This document shows positions 11,781 through 25,315 of a DNA stretch of 64,000 bases, one piece after another. The position numbers and the translations under genes are program-made. Every line of letters begins with the position of its first letter. Positions within the stretch are counted from its first letter, which is position 1. The DNA lies in NCBI RefSeq assembly GCF_001194135.2, contig NC_068998.1, forward strand, positions 17,962,631-18,026,630. The letters run 5' to 3'. The stretch comes from Octopus bimaculoides. Lineage: Eukaryota. The notes under the pieces are model-generated. The model did no database searches, was not told where the DNA came from, and saw only the letters and a program-made list of their open reading frames with translations.

Positions 11781-11957
11781 CATACATCAAAATCAATGGG
11801 AGAATCACTCATATATATATATATATGTATATATATATGTGTGTTTATATATTTGTGAGTGTGTATCATATAAAGTATTTCATATATCCTGTAAAGCTAA
11901 GTGCTTTATATGTGTGAAACCAATAGTCACTTATGACTGGCAATAACATTTAACTTC

Positions 11958-11996
<39 letters not shown>

Positions 11997-13470
11997 TATA
12001 TGTTTATAACGAGCTTCATATGACATGAACATTGCATATCTCATAAGCTAATTAGAGATAAAATTTGGATTTAAAAGATGTGTAATTTGAGGTTGATAAA
12101 AAATAAGGCTTACTGTTGGATAGATTGAAGCACTTTTTGTAGAGAAATCCTATCTGAAAGTAACTAACTGGAGAAATGTTGAATAAGCCTTAAACCTACG
12201 TTTCTAGGTATAGTCTAGCTTTTAACTATTTGCAGATTATTTTAATTATCCTAGAAGGATAAAAAAAGATTTGAACTTGGAAGTATAAATTAATTTCCTG
12301 AACCACCTGTTAAGCTACTCATTAGCTAGAATCACCTGAATTGCTATTTATTTGAAATCAAACAGTGGTAGTGAACTTCAACAGATAATCCTTGGTAAAT
12401 CAGACCTTTGGAATAGAAATATCCAACTGACTGTTTGCTGTTGTCCTACAAAAATAATATAGCAACTATTTGGTTTTTAACAATTTTTTTCATTATTGTA
12501 TTTTAGTGAGTGCTCTAAGACTGATAAGTTTTCCTATTTAGATAATTGTAACAATAACACAAAATTCTCTTTTATACAAGGTTTGGATGGTTCTGTATAT
12601 TTTAATTTTTATCCTTACTTTCTTAGATGAGACCTCAATATTTAATTAATGTCATACTTGACACAACTGTATTCTGGCCATCACAATCTCTACAACTATT
12701 TTCTAACTCATTCAGACCATTCATCTTTATTCATACAACCTTAATTTTATGACTCCTGTAAACTGCAGTTATTTTCTTGAGCTGTTGAATATTACTCTAA
12801 TCTTCAGATTTCAATTTTATATTGAGTAAGGCATATTCATATACACCATTTTCTTTTTACACAGCTTCATTTTATTACTACAAAACTAGAATTTCTTTGA
12901 AGTTTGACATTTTAAACCTGTACTCTAATAACACAATCATCTATCTGAACAGTACTTAGATTGTCAAACTAACAGAAACTATCTGCAATCTCTGACATAA
13001 GCTGCATTCATTCTCTGTGACTTGAATATATTTCAAACTGATCCTTCACTATCAGCTTGTTTAGGATGTTCTGATATATTTGGCTGTGACATTTATTGAA
13101 GTCAAAGAACCTCCACATTCTCTTTTTTTTTTCTTCCTTGACTATGCAAGTCCAGTCGAATTTTTTCATTTTTCATCCTTCAGATATTTTTTTTTTTCAT
13201 CAAAGAAATTCTTTTCTTCCACTAATCTTATATTGATTTTGTGACCAACAACTTTTATATCTAACATCAGTTAAGTGATGGTTGATATGTCAGGTGCACA
13301 CACACATTTACTAATTAAAGAAACACACACTCCACAAAGGTAATAATGCCACCTAATGCTATTTCGTAAATTATATAAAATCTGTCCCAAGCACTGGATT
13401 TGTTATTCTTGGCACCACTTATTGTTTCATAGTTCAGAATTTAATTCTTGATTTAATTCTTATAATGAAT

Positions 13471-13504
<34 letters not shown>

Positions 13505-13665
13505 CTGTATCTATCCTAGTTCTCTCTCTCTCAGGCAGGCCATTATCTAATTTTATTATCTTATCATACTATTCCTTCTTGTCATTGTCAGTAGCATGCA
13601 CGAGCCACCAATGTATATCACTGTTATTCATAATTATATGAATATTATTCACTCACTTTCTCTCC

Positions 13666-13701
<36 letters not shown>

Positions 13702-13944
13702 GAAAAAAGTACCTGCATTAGAGTTTTTTCATTTATTTGAAGTTGTAACTTTAACTGGGTACTACTTAACATTCCTTGCATGTTCCTTAAGGTGACTGAT
13801 AAGCATGCATAATAAACACACACACTCTCTCCCTCTCCTCCCTTCCTTCCTACATACATACATGCATACACAAAGATGCAGTTGTTACTTTAAGCAAATC
13901 TATGTAAGGTGTGTCTATCTTCTTATTCATTTTGTTCTCTAGAG

Positions 13945-14180
13945 CAGTGCTTCCCAACTGATACACAGCATCATACTAGTGTTCTGCTAGATGTAGCTAC
14001 GTACATCACAAGCATAAAATAACTAAGTTTCATTTAAAAAAAGTGCAAAAGTATAAACAAAAATCCTAACAGTAATGATTTAATTTTACTGTCTTTGTTT
14101 TTCACTTCATGTATAAAAGTCTTGGACTATTTTTAGTTGTTCTAATACGTGCCATGAGTGAAAAATATCTGGAAGCACCG
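13945..14180. mobile_element. hAT (Charlie-like) MITE, 236 bp
   Basis: TIR-like ends CAGTGCTTCCCA / CTGGAAGCACCG. Flanking 8-mers CTCTAGAG (13937-13944) and CTCTAGGT (14181-14188) fit an 8-bp NTCTAGAN-type target duplication. Confidence 0.65.
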
Positions 14181-15676
14181 CTCTAGGTGATGATCAAGCA
14201 GGATGTCAGGATTGAAGTCAAAATAGTTATTTAGTATTGCTTGAGTCCTGTGCTTTTAACCTATATATAGCTATTGTATATAAAATCCAAAACATGATAC
14301 CGGGCAATGATTGTAAAGTATTGGTTATGAAAAGTTGATAGTTTATGTTAAATCAAGATTTAATGTAACATCAATGGCAGCTGAAATAAACATTTCCTTT
14401 CTTATTGGAGAACTTTTATCTATCTGTCTGTCTGTCTGCATAGGCGAAATAGTTATGACAGCACGTTTTAGTCAACCAGTATTCAAGATGAATTGATGCT
14501 TCCACTTGATATTATTGAAACAAACGTTCAGAGCCTGTGAAGAAGTGTCCATGTTTGCCATGCTAGAAATAGCAATCAAATCTGCCTTGATTCATAATCT
14601 ATATAATGTCTCAGAAAAGATGCAATAGTCACAGCTGGAACATCTCTGGTCATAGAACTGCTTTATTAGAGTAGACCTGAGACCGAGCAACAAAAAGAAT
14701 GACACGGTTCATCAGATGATGTTCCATTACTCCAATGTAGAATATTACATTGTCAATTGAATGGCTTTGTTGTTGAGGATTACTCAGTATGATAGCTTGC
14801 TACCTTCATACTATTCATAGCAATTTCCTACAAATTGTGTAATCTGTTGCATCAGTTTATACACCATTGTTACCTTGAGCTGGTGAACCAATGTGTGGGA
14901 CTCAGCCATTGATTTTTAAAGTCCTCATCACATTCATTTCATCAGGTTTTGTCATGCTGTTCTTAGGAAATGGTGTGTATAAATATCTGGTTTTAAAGAA
15001 GAGGTTGGAATGAAATGATTTTACATTGAAGATCATGATTAAACTGTATTCAGACTTCATCGATCCATTTGATGGGCTTTTGCAAGCTAAAATACCTCAT
15101 CTGCACATGCTACAACTACAGATGATTGCAGTAGTTCACTGAACTGATTGGTCCTGGTTGTTGACAGTTTGTTATCTGTTCAGCTTCTAATGATATTTCC
15201 CATTGACTCAATAAGTTCATTTGCTGAAATAGTTCACATCCATTATGCTGCATCCCATGATTTGAACGTACCTTGATCCAGGTAGTTACATGCTATCTTA
15301 CCATGACAGGTGCTACTACTGAAGGTCAGAGTGTACCTGGAAACAACTGTGACTAAGAGATGATTTCACACTCTTCAAAACCCTGAAACTCCTGAATCAG
15401 GGTCTCATTAATGGATTAGCTTAGAGTCATTATTTCCTACGACCATTATGACATATATAACAATGTCTCCCTAGTTGCATATTAGAAAAGTTTATCACTG
15501 TCATGCAACACTTATATCACTGACTCTTGGAGGAATACTTTTACTACAATAGTGGATGTGTGAAACTATATTGTTCTATTATCAGTGAGTATCACTTTTA
15601 ATTATAATTAAGCAATACAGCCATGAAAAAATGCCTCAAGGGAGCATTTTGCATACTAAATATAAATACCATAGCA

Positions 15677-15717
<41 letters not shown>

Positions 15718-18073
15718 ATGTAGCAAGTTGAAAAAACTTTTGCTGAGATTGTTTAAGAAATTAGAGAAAAGAAACAAACTCCCTCTAGAGGTATTTTAAA
15801 AATCTGACCCCCNNNNNNNNNNNNCCCCCCCCCCCCCCAAAAAAAAAACTAAACAAGGCGTTAACTCTGATATGATCATTTGCTCAAATTTTATGATTAT
15901 ATAGGCAATGCAAACTGGAGTACATCTGGTGTTTAAAGCTAAATGATGGCTTTAAAGACAAGTTCCACTTTGATCTGCATCGCCTAAATTGTCTGAAACT
16001 TTTGAGCTATTGGTTTTATTGAAATTATTGCCCTTGCTTTTTGTTGAAAGATTTTTTAAAAACATTCTTAGGAGTTTTGTTTGTATAAGCTCAGTTCACA
16101 AGTTTTTTCAACTCTCAATATTTCATACAAGAAACCCTTCTGTGCTACTATTATTCAGAGTTACATACATTTTGTCAACACCAAGAGTGATTCCTTTTAT
16201 TGTGACATAACCTAGTTTGTTAATGTTTATATCTGTTGCAAATATATTTGCTGTTACACTATGGACAAGCAGAATTCATGCTGAATTTGTCTGTTATCAT
16301 GATGCTTTCAATGAGAACTTTTAATTTCTTTGATAATTTGCTCTGTCATATGTTGTTGTTGTGGCCTATTGTGTTTGATATTATGATGGCTTTTTCTTGA
16401 TAGTCATTTGGCATTTTTATTGTATTGTTCTTCACACACTAATGATAGCAGCTCAATTTAATAATTATTCAGTAACCATGCAGAATGATTCCAAACTAGT
16501 TTTATATATATAAAATGTATAACTAAATTTTATAGACATGCTAGAGAGTGGGGTTAAAGATGAATTTCGTTAAATTGTACCAACTTCCAATTTTTTTTTA
16601 ATGTAGTTTGTATTTAAGACTTACACAGGATTTTGTGATGGTTAAACTCTTTATTATTGATATTTTAGTTATAAGTTTGCAACACTTGTAATTTAAATCA
16701 TCCCAGTATTATATTAAAATGAAAACAGCTAAGAGGATGAGCTTTTAGAGGAGCGACTACTGTAGATGTTCTAGTGTTTTTGGACTGGGCTTTTATTCTT
16801 ACATGCCACAGGTCATCATAGGTAGTCCTCTTCTATGAGAAAGTTACCATGGTGTATTAGTGTTAAGGCCACATAGAAATTTATCTCATTTTCTTAAAGA
16901 AATTAGAGTTAAGCATTGGCTTAGCAGATCATCATGATTGAAGCAAGCATCAAGGTATGATGTATTAGCTTGTACAGTGTTTTAGTCTTCATTAAATTAT
17001 CATTAAGGAATTTTGTAAAATTAATTCAAAATACATCAGTTAAAGCAACAGTTGTAAGATTTCCTTTGTTTTCTAGCAACATAAAATTGTAGAATTTCAT
17101 GGGAAATGATATCCTTGGGACCAAGTGTTAAATCTCTGTTCTGATTTGAATCTAACATCTACCATTCCACATGTGACTATAATGCACAGTGTAGGGAATC
17201 AGCAATACAGTCAACACCTGTTTCGGCTTGATCAATGGAATTAAGGTAACGTTAAAACAAAAGTTTTAATAAGATTAATAACTATTTAAGACATTTTAAG
17301 GGTATTATTTGGATGTTAGGACATAGGTCTTTCTTCATATTTGATTATTAGAATAGTATAAGCTAAAAGAGATAAATATGTTTCCAAAACGTCTCAGAAA
17401 CTACAAATTAATTTAGTTGGTTTTACTAAACAATCTCAATGATAGATGTGTGTGTATCGGTGCATATGTTCAAGTATGAAGAATGAAAGAAAGAATGGGG
17501 TAATGCATTGAAATTCATTCTAAACAAATCTCTGAAAATGCTTACTGTTATGTTTCTTTGCTTATTTTAGAAATAGTTTTTGTTGTAAAATAATTTTAAG
17601 CTACATCCTAAATGGAATTAGCTTTATTATAAAAGGATTTGGATCTGGTAGATAACATAGTGTATGGGTGATTTAAGGTGAGGTAGATATATGTCAAGGG
17701 TTTAATGTCTTCAGAACTGAACAATTATGGCAACAGCTTGAAACAGGATAATATGGTAAATATAATAAAGATAAAGTGTTTATGATAAAGATTAAACTTC
17801 GAACAATTTGTCTGAATATAAACCGTATTTACATTCATTTGAATCTGACAAATAACTGCCGAAGAAATCTCTCAGATAGTCAACCATTGATACATGATCT
17901 CACCTTATTAAACTGAGTATTTTTTATATAATTAAACGAAATTAATAATAGTGACATAAGTGTTTCGTTTCTGCCTTCTTATTTTCCGAATTATTAATTT
18001 GTTGGCTGTATTATTTTCTCCATACAACTGTATGTTTTAGCTGTTGCCTATTGTTTATTTATATACATACACA

Positions 18074-18107
<34 letters not shown>

Positions 18108-19553
18108 NNNNNNNNNNNNNNNNNNNNNNNNNNNNNNNNNNNNNNNNNNNNNNNNNNNNNNNNNNNNNNNNNNNNNNNNNNNNNNNNNNNNNNNNNNNNN
18201 NNNNNNNNNNNNNNNNNNNNNNNNNNNNNNNNNNNNNNNNNNNNNNNNNNNNNNNNNNNNNNNNNNNNNNNNNNNNNNNNNNNNNNNNNNNNNNNNNNNN
18301 NNNNNNNNNNNNNNNNNNNNNNNNNNNNNNNNNNNNNTATATATATTATATTATATTATATATGTTGTATTATATATATCTATATATTATATAATATATA
18401 TGTATTATATGTATATGTATGTATATATATATGTGTGTATATATATATATATATGGACGTGTATGTATATATATGTGTGTGTATATATATATATATATAT
18501 ATGCATATATATATATATATATATATATGCTTACAGATGAGAACCTGCTTAATAATTGTCAGACAGTTTTCTTTATTTTTTGGTTCCCTCTATCCTCATG
18601 TCAAATCTTTATATAACAAAAGGAATTGGTATATGTTACTGTGATTTGGTGTTTGCTTTCTGATATCAACATATTATGTTTGCTTGTCTCAACAGCTTGT
18701 TGTGAAACTTACCAAACTGCTGGTCAACAAGACTGCATCTGTTCTGAATATTAACATGTGCTGTTAATTTTTTTACATCATTGAATATGAATAAATTTCT
18801 GATATGTAGTGAAGTAATAATTTATATATATTTTTGTCTTTAGATGGTTGTATTTCCAGTTCATATTTTGAAATTTTATATGCTGTTTCTGATCTGATTA
18901 CATTTTATGAGATATTTTAGTATTAAGTTTAATTTGAAGGCTAACTAATGTAGAATAATTTTCTAGAAAGATAGCTTATTATTGGAGGTTAGATATATTA
19001 TACATATCATAGTTGAAAACAATTTATAATTCAATACTTATAATGTTAATTAAAAATGAAACGTTCATCATTTAATTAATTGTTACCATCATAAAATATT
19101 TTGAAATGTTTTCTTTTAGAATCAATACTTTTTTAATAAGTTAACCTAATTCCTATATTTCTGCTCCAGTAGAGTGTAAACAGTTGGTTTCTTTCAATAA
19201 TTATTGCTTCTTTATGATGTGTTTCAACACACACATTTTTGAAAAGTAGAGCTAAGATTTGACATAACTTCTTTGATCGACTTGCAAATATAACAACGAG
19301 CTCTACTGTAGCACCCTACTGACTCAGGCTTTCGTTCTTTCTATAAAATTACTAGCCACAAACAGAAGTCTTCATATGTAAACTTAAATAAAAAGTAATA
19401 AGATCGTTTTTTTTGTTCTTTATATTGATACACTTGTCCGTAGAGTTATATTGTAGTAATGTGATTTGGACTATTTGACTAGTTATCTCTTTTACTGAGG
19501 AAGTTAAGCCTGTTGTCTTCAGGAAAATTTTGACTTCGCTGATTTCTTTTCAG

Positions 19554-19760
19554 ACACCAAAAGAAAGGTCTATCCTCCCGGAAAGATTATCTCCATGTGT
19601 AATGATCGGATTCACTGTGGAAACTCTGTCAAACCTCACTGCCAGCACCATGGTTTGACCAGAAAATACATAGACTGCGGAAGTAGAGCTAGGTTAAGCC
19701 AGAGTCTTCCGACTATGTGGGCTTCGGCTTTGAGTATGGAAAAAGAGTCCACATGCAGTG
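19554..19760 (+). CDS. Internal coding exon (207 nt, symmetric phase 1/1) of host gene
   Basis: Acceptor GATTTCTTTTCAG|AC and donor AGTG|GTAAGA. The only open frame is in phase with exon 9867-10069: DTKRKVYPPGKIISMCNDRIHCGNSVKPHCQHHGLTRKYIDCGSRARLSQSLPTMWASALSMEKESTCS. Confidence 0.65.
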
Positions 19761-19950
19761 GTAAGACTTGCCTGTCTGCTGGCTCCGTCTTCTGTAGTTC
19801 CCAATCGAATATCAGGGGAGAGCACTCTCATCGCCACCAAGAAACTAGTTACATGCATATTTTTAGAATTATCTCCCTTGTTTAGCTGGCTGATTTAGCT
19901 TTAGAAAACAAACTACCCTAGAACTTATTCTCCTGCTTGCATCTCAGTCA

Positions 19951-19990
<40 letters not shown>

Positions 19991-20769
19991 TCTCCCTCTC
20001 TCTCTCTCATGATCATAGAAATATTTTACCATCATGTGTGCATATAGTTTAAAATGAATGTGTACTACAGCATTTTTGTTTAGCTGTGACCTAACAGTCG
20101 TGATGAAAAATAATTTATACTGGTGTGTGTTTGTATGTAATTAGTCTGACTTCGGTTTCTATTGATTTTTTTCCTTGCTGTGAAATTTTTAACAATCTTT
20201 TCATTTGGATTATATAATAGAAAAAGGAAACACTATATGAAATATTACTCTTTCAAAATCATATTTTACTTGTTTCATAAACTGGCATTTGACTTGATAC
20301 TTTTCAGTTTTTCGAGACAGAGCTTCTTCCTCTGCATGTATTTCTCAGTCAGTTGGTTTAGCAGCCACAGTAATCCTTGGTTGATCCCTTTAGAATATGA
20401 GCATTTTTAAAATCAAATTTTTTAATGTCTCGTAGAGTTGGCGTGTTTTATTCAGTGGAACACTATCAGTTTGTTTTCTAATTTAAGGTTTTCCAGTATC
20501 AATTCTTATTCAGATATTTATGTCTTAAAATAAGTATCTGTCAAGATCCATGAGCAATATTTTAAAGTGGGGTGTATTCATGCTTTGCAGAAGGACTGCA
20601 GTTAACTAATGCTGTAATATATTTTCTTCTTTTTTATGGAAAGATGAAATCCAGTTGTTAGGATGAAATTTTAGCAATATGGAAGATGTAGCATTGTTAG
20701 AGACTGTTAAGTCTAGTATGTAGATTAAGGAGGAAGTGTGGTTGTGTGGGGAAAAAGATTGTTTCTTAA

Positions 20770-20985
20770 CTTCATGGTTTTGGATTCTGTCGCACGGTAT
20801 GGCAACTGCAGAAAGTGTCTTCTACTATTTTCCCCAAGTGATAAAAGCCTTGTGTGTGGATTTGGTAGTCAGAAACTGAAAGAAGCTTGTTGTGTGTGTG
20901 TGTGTGTGTGTGTGTGTATACTTGTGTCTGCTTGCCTTGAGATCATGTAGTAGTTGTAAATAAGTGTCATTGTCATACAATAAAC
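20770..20985 (+). mobile_element. Decayed CORE-SINE (C-related 5' part, (GT)n, different tail)
   Basis: AAGTGTCTTCTACTAT..AAAGCCTTGTGTGTGGATTTGGTAG..AAACTGAAAGAAGC followed by (GT)n. Confidence 0.65.
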
Positions 20986-21087
20986 TTCATCTGATGCTTG
21001 CGAGCATGGATGAGTGGGCATCAAAACAATAATGATGAAATAATGACGTGTGATTTATTAAAGTCACAATTTGTTTACTATAAAGTA

Positions 21088-21850
21088 TAGTAGGGTCAGT
21101 CGGGCACCATCTGTGAGGAAAACAGTACCATGACGCAATTCATTCTGCCAGAAATTTGGAAACAATATGCTGTACTGCTTGGCATTTGTACCAGAAGCTC
21201 CAAGACAAACATTTCAGAGTGTTTGGGTTTCAGTCTGAGGACATGTACTGAGAGTGATAAAAATCCAACATCCAGTCAACATCATGGTGTTTGTAGTGAT
21301 CACTAGTGATGGCAACGTTATGCCTCCATTCATCTTCCCACACGGCCTCAGTTTCAACATGGAGGCCTACATCAGGTGCCTGGAGGAGGCAGTGCTGCCC
21401 TGAATCAAGAGAGTGACTGTTGGAAGTCTGGCAACAGGACTCTGCACCATGCCACACAAGTAGTAGCACCCAGTCATGGTTGTCAGACAATTTCTTGACC
21501 ACATCATCCCTAACATCTGGCCACTTAACTCCCCAGATTGCAACCCACTTGTTTATTATGAGTGAGACATGAACAAAACTCCTTGTAACATCAAAGGTGA
21601 ACTGAAGCCAAGGATTATGGCAGCATTCACCAACTTCAACAAGGAGACTGTCCAGAAGAGCTGCAGGAGATTCTGAAGTCGCCTGGAGGCTGTGGTTGAA
21701 GGCAATGGCGATTTTATTGAATAAATTTACTCTTTAATATTTCAAGCTATTTTTATATAATTTTGGTAAATATATCTGTTAAAATGAGATGTCAAGTGTC
21801 ATTTTCATTTTTGCACAAATTAGATGACAGTTTATTCACCGCACCCTGTA
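21088..21850 (+). mobile_element. Internally deleted Tc1/mariner element, DD37D (maT-type) transposase remnant
   Basis: KHPVNIMVF..ITSDGNVMPPFIFPHGL..WQQDSAPCHTS..WLSDNF..WPLNSPDCNPL..RLEAVVEGNGDFIE*. Right end ...TTATTCACCGCACCCTG|TA. Confidence 0.85.
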
Positions 21851-21872
21851 TATATATATACACCGCACTCTG

Positions 21873-21918
<46 letters not shown>

Positions 21919-23086
21919 AAGTCAGAGAAAGAGAAGTAGTGTGATCCATCTTCTCCAGACTAATAGGAGTTTTGCAACTAATTGCCAGCCTGAAGATTTG
22001 CAGATCAATGTCTACAAGAATAGTATGGGCACAAAACGTATTTAGGGTCTAGTTTGAATGTGTATAAGGAAACTAGTTTCACTAAAGATACTCATAAAGC
22101 AAGAAGTAGTGCTAAACAAGTTAGCTTATTAGGTTTACCACCCAAAGAAGTTATTCTGAAATATTTAGTTGATGTGGTTGGTTAGTTCTACTTATATTCT
22201 GCACAATAGTAGGTGTTCTTATGTCATGAATGGTCAAAGACTGCACTGTTCTCAGGCCATCTAATGTGGTTGTGTCTGAGATAACATGTTTTTTGTGGCT
22301 CTTACTTGTGAAATATGTATTGATGGTTATTGAAGAAGAAAATACATGCTGTCTGCTCTAATTGCTTTTTGTTTTGTTTATTATGCCTCTTCTCCACAAA
22401 ATAGCATCCAAATCATTCTCTACTATATAAGAAAAAAAAAAAAAAAAAGAGAGAGGACCCATTGAGAGAAGATGTGATAGCCATAGCTGAAATCTTGGTT
22501 TTCAGTTGTGTGTATGAAGATTGGGATTAATGACAAAAGAGTTAACAAAAAATAGGTGGTTTTTTTCATTGTAGAGTGTTGCTGATAGTTATTCAGCTTG
22601 AGCAGTGACATATAGGAATTCTTGGTAAGATGACCAAAATGTGTAGACACAATCAGGGTAGTGTTGAAAGCTCAAAGGTCATATGAGGTAGTTTTTGGTC
22701 CTTGAACAGTATCCCTTGTATGAATTGTCTTTTGTCAGTTTTTAATGTGTTTTGCAGTTGGGTGTAATTATTCTGAATTTTGGTAAATTTTCAGTTTCTT
22801 TTGTAATTATAAGATGGTTGAAAATCTTTACTCTATTTTTGTGTACTTCAAAGTTAAAGATATGAAAGACCAAAAACTAGTATGATAAATTGTTAAGTCT
22901 ATTAAATTGACCTCTCATACTTCTGAGGTTAAATATTGTAACAATTCCCAATAATCAAGTCCCTGGGGTCAATATAATTAACTACACTTTTAAAGGCCAG
23001 TACACCAGCACAGCTACAAAAGAATGACTAATACCAGTAAAATAAAAACTAAAATAAAAAAATGACTCTCCAGTCTACACTCAACA

Positions 23087-23116
23087 TAACCTAACCCTAA
23101 CCCTAACCCTAACCCT
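23087..23116. repeat. Short interstitial telomere-like array (TAACCC)4
   Basis: TAACCTAACCCTAACCCTAACCCTAACCCT. Confidence 0.8.
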
Positions 23117-24419
23117 TCTGCTCATTTGTGATCAATAAGTAAAGTCTGTCTTCAGGTATGAGTCATTATCTTTATCCATTGTATTAATTTCTTCACGAAT
23201 TTACTACCTTCCTTGCTTTTAGTGTGCCAGGGATTTGTTTTTACAAATATTCTAACTCCTTTGGTTATTTTCTTTAGATTACTTTGTTCTAGAAATAATA
23301 ATTACCAGATTAGGCTGGACATAATTATTACTGATTAAGTAAGATACTATTTATTTCTCCTACCTCACTTTAATAGATTATAAAAAGGTAATAGGAAATT
23401 TGACATAAAGCTTTACATTATTTTTTCATCTTGATCTATTCAGCTTTTTAGTTCAGTTATAATTAACAATTATGTTTGTAGACCCTTTACTTTCTTCTGA
23501 TGTAATCAATCCTTCACTTAAAGATGGATTGTCTGGGTATTGATGGTTCACTGAAGGGGGCTGTAATATTTCAAAGGGACTGGATTAGATTTTATTTTGA
23601 GCAGCATTTTTTTATCACAGATTTTTGTTTTCACCTTTCTCTGAGAAAAGTATTTTCTACTGCAACTTTGAGCAGCTGAAAGTATCCTCTCTTCCATGAT
23701 AAGCACATCAAACTGTTACCAGTTTTACCCACTTAAGGATAAACCCTGAGAACTGGATGTTAATGTAACAATCCTCAATCCTCTGTTATACATTATACTC
23801 AATATCTTCAGAAATGAGATGTACCTCTCCATCATATTTGTTAATGTTTAGGTGGATTGGGCCTGTGACAGTTGAAAATCTTTGCCAGAGATACATTATT
23901 TGACGGTCGACATTTGTGCCTACTATTTGTGGTTATTACTTATTATGTACTATAAAACAAACTCCTATAAATATTTATAGTCAATTCCTTTATTGACCTC
24001 ACCACTCTGATGAAACCTATTCGAGTTATCCTGTTTATACTAGTTTCGTATTTTCTTTGTCAGAAGTATAGATATGAATTTCCGTTCTATATTAATAAAA
24101 AAGTTTAATATTATTCTTTAATTTCATTTAATTTTCTAAGAACTATCTGAGGTCTTGTATAGGTACCACTAGAATTTGCTGCATCATTTCTAAACATGTG
24201 ATTCAGAAATATATTAGGGATTACCTCAAGTGCATTTATATATAAAAATTCACTGTTGGACTCTTTGTGGAATAAACATTGTTATTGAGAATGTATATAA
24301 CCGAATATTTTCCGCTACAATTGTATTTGACTTATTATATCTATCTCATGAATAGGTATTAATCAGCATCTATTCATAGTGCTATCCAATGCCTGTGGCA
24401 CTGAGGGAACCATTGCATT

Positions 24420-24606
24420 GTGTGTCAGCCTGCTAAAAATTGCAGTTAAATCTTCCTGATATCACACTTCAGTAGAGTAAGAAAAAGGAAAGGCTACATT
24501 AGATATTGTAATTTTAAGGTATCCATAGAAATATGGGATTAGTCATATTTAGGAAGCCTTAGATCACAGGTCTGCTAGAACAGATCTAACCTGTGGTTAA
24601 ACAACA
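24420..24606 (+). repeat. Old interspersed repeat (probable SINE 3' part)
   Basis: CTGCTA.AAAT.GCAG..AAATCT.CC..ATCAC motif plus GATCA.AGGTCTGCT..A.CAG. Related segments at about 14550-14700, 41735-41860, 56630-56760 and 57470-57540. Confidence 0.5.
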
Positions 24607-25184
24607 CCATGCTACATTTATAGTTCAATAGTAAATTTTGATAACATCTTGTTCATGAAAAATATTAAGTATGAATCTCATATTTTTTTCATATAGAAAT
24701 GATTTAGAACAACTCTAACTGTTAATACATGTATACCCACATTTATCCTCATGATATATTTTTAGTACTTCCACTGCTTCTTGGTGAATGTGACTTTATG
24801 ATATTTTTCTCTGCTATCTAGCTGTTTATGTTCAGCATTGATGGTCATCTTATCAGAGCATCTCACCATAGGCTGCTTCTTTAGAAAATACTTCTAAAGA
24901 AGTTGTCTTGGCTCTGCAGCTCAAGGCTCATAAAGTGAATGGGTTTTACCCCAGGAGCCTTTTTTCCTTCTACACCATTCTATATTATTAATACTTGACT
25001 ATCAGCTATCACTCTTAAGAGCTATTTCTGGAAGATTGTGTTTTCCTTAGGACTACGCAACAGATTAATGGGTAGTTATTCTCCCATTATTGTTGATAAA
25101 ATTGTTGCTTTATGTGTGTGTGTGTGTGTGTGTGTGATAGACTCATTCAGTCATTTGGGATAATAATCTACATCAGCCACAAAC

Positions 25185-25315
25185 AGTTTTCAACTAAGTG
25201 TATTGGAACATCATAAAATTAAGTGCTTTGCCTAAAGACACAATGTTCCAACCAGTCTAGAATTTGAACCTGCAACCTTATAGTTTTGAAGCTAACAACT
25301 GAGCCACTAAGCTTT
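25185..25315 (-). mobile_element. Decayed CORE-SINE head
   Basis: Minus strand AGCTTAGTGGCTCAGTTGTTAG..GGTTCAAATTC..GTGTCTTTAGGCAAAGCACTT. Confidence 0.55.

Noticed and set aside
14700-15400. Moderately GC-richer non-coding stretch, possible LINE fossil
   Set aside because: I could not recover convincing protein motifs on either strand.
19568-19600. VYPPGKII resembles the diacylglycerol lipase LYPPGRII motif
   Set aside because: Flanking sequence does not resemble DAGL, and an 8-residue match is insufficient. No gene symbol assigned.
22575-22624. 50-nt segment with good acceptor and donor (TTTCATTGTAG|...|GTAAGA)
   Set aside because: Stops in all three frames. It could only be a poison exon, and nothing else supports that.
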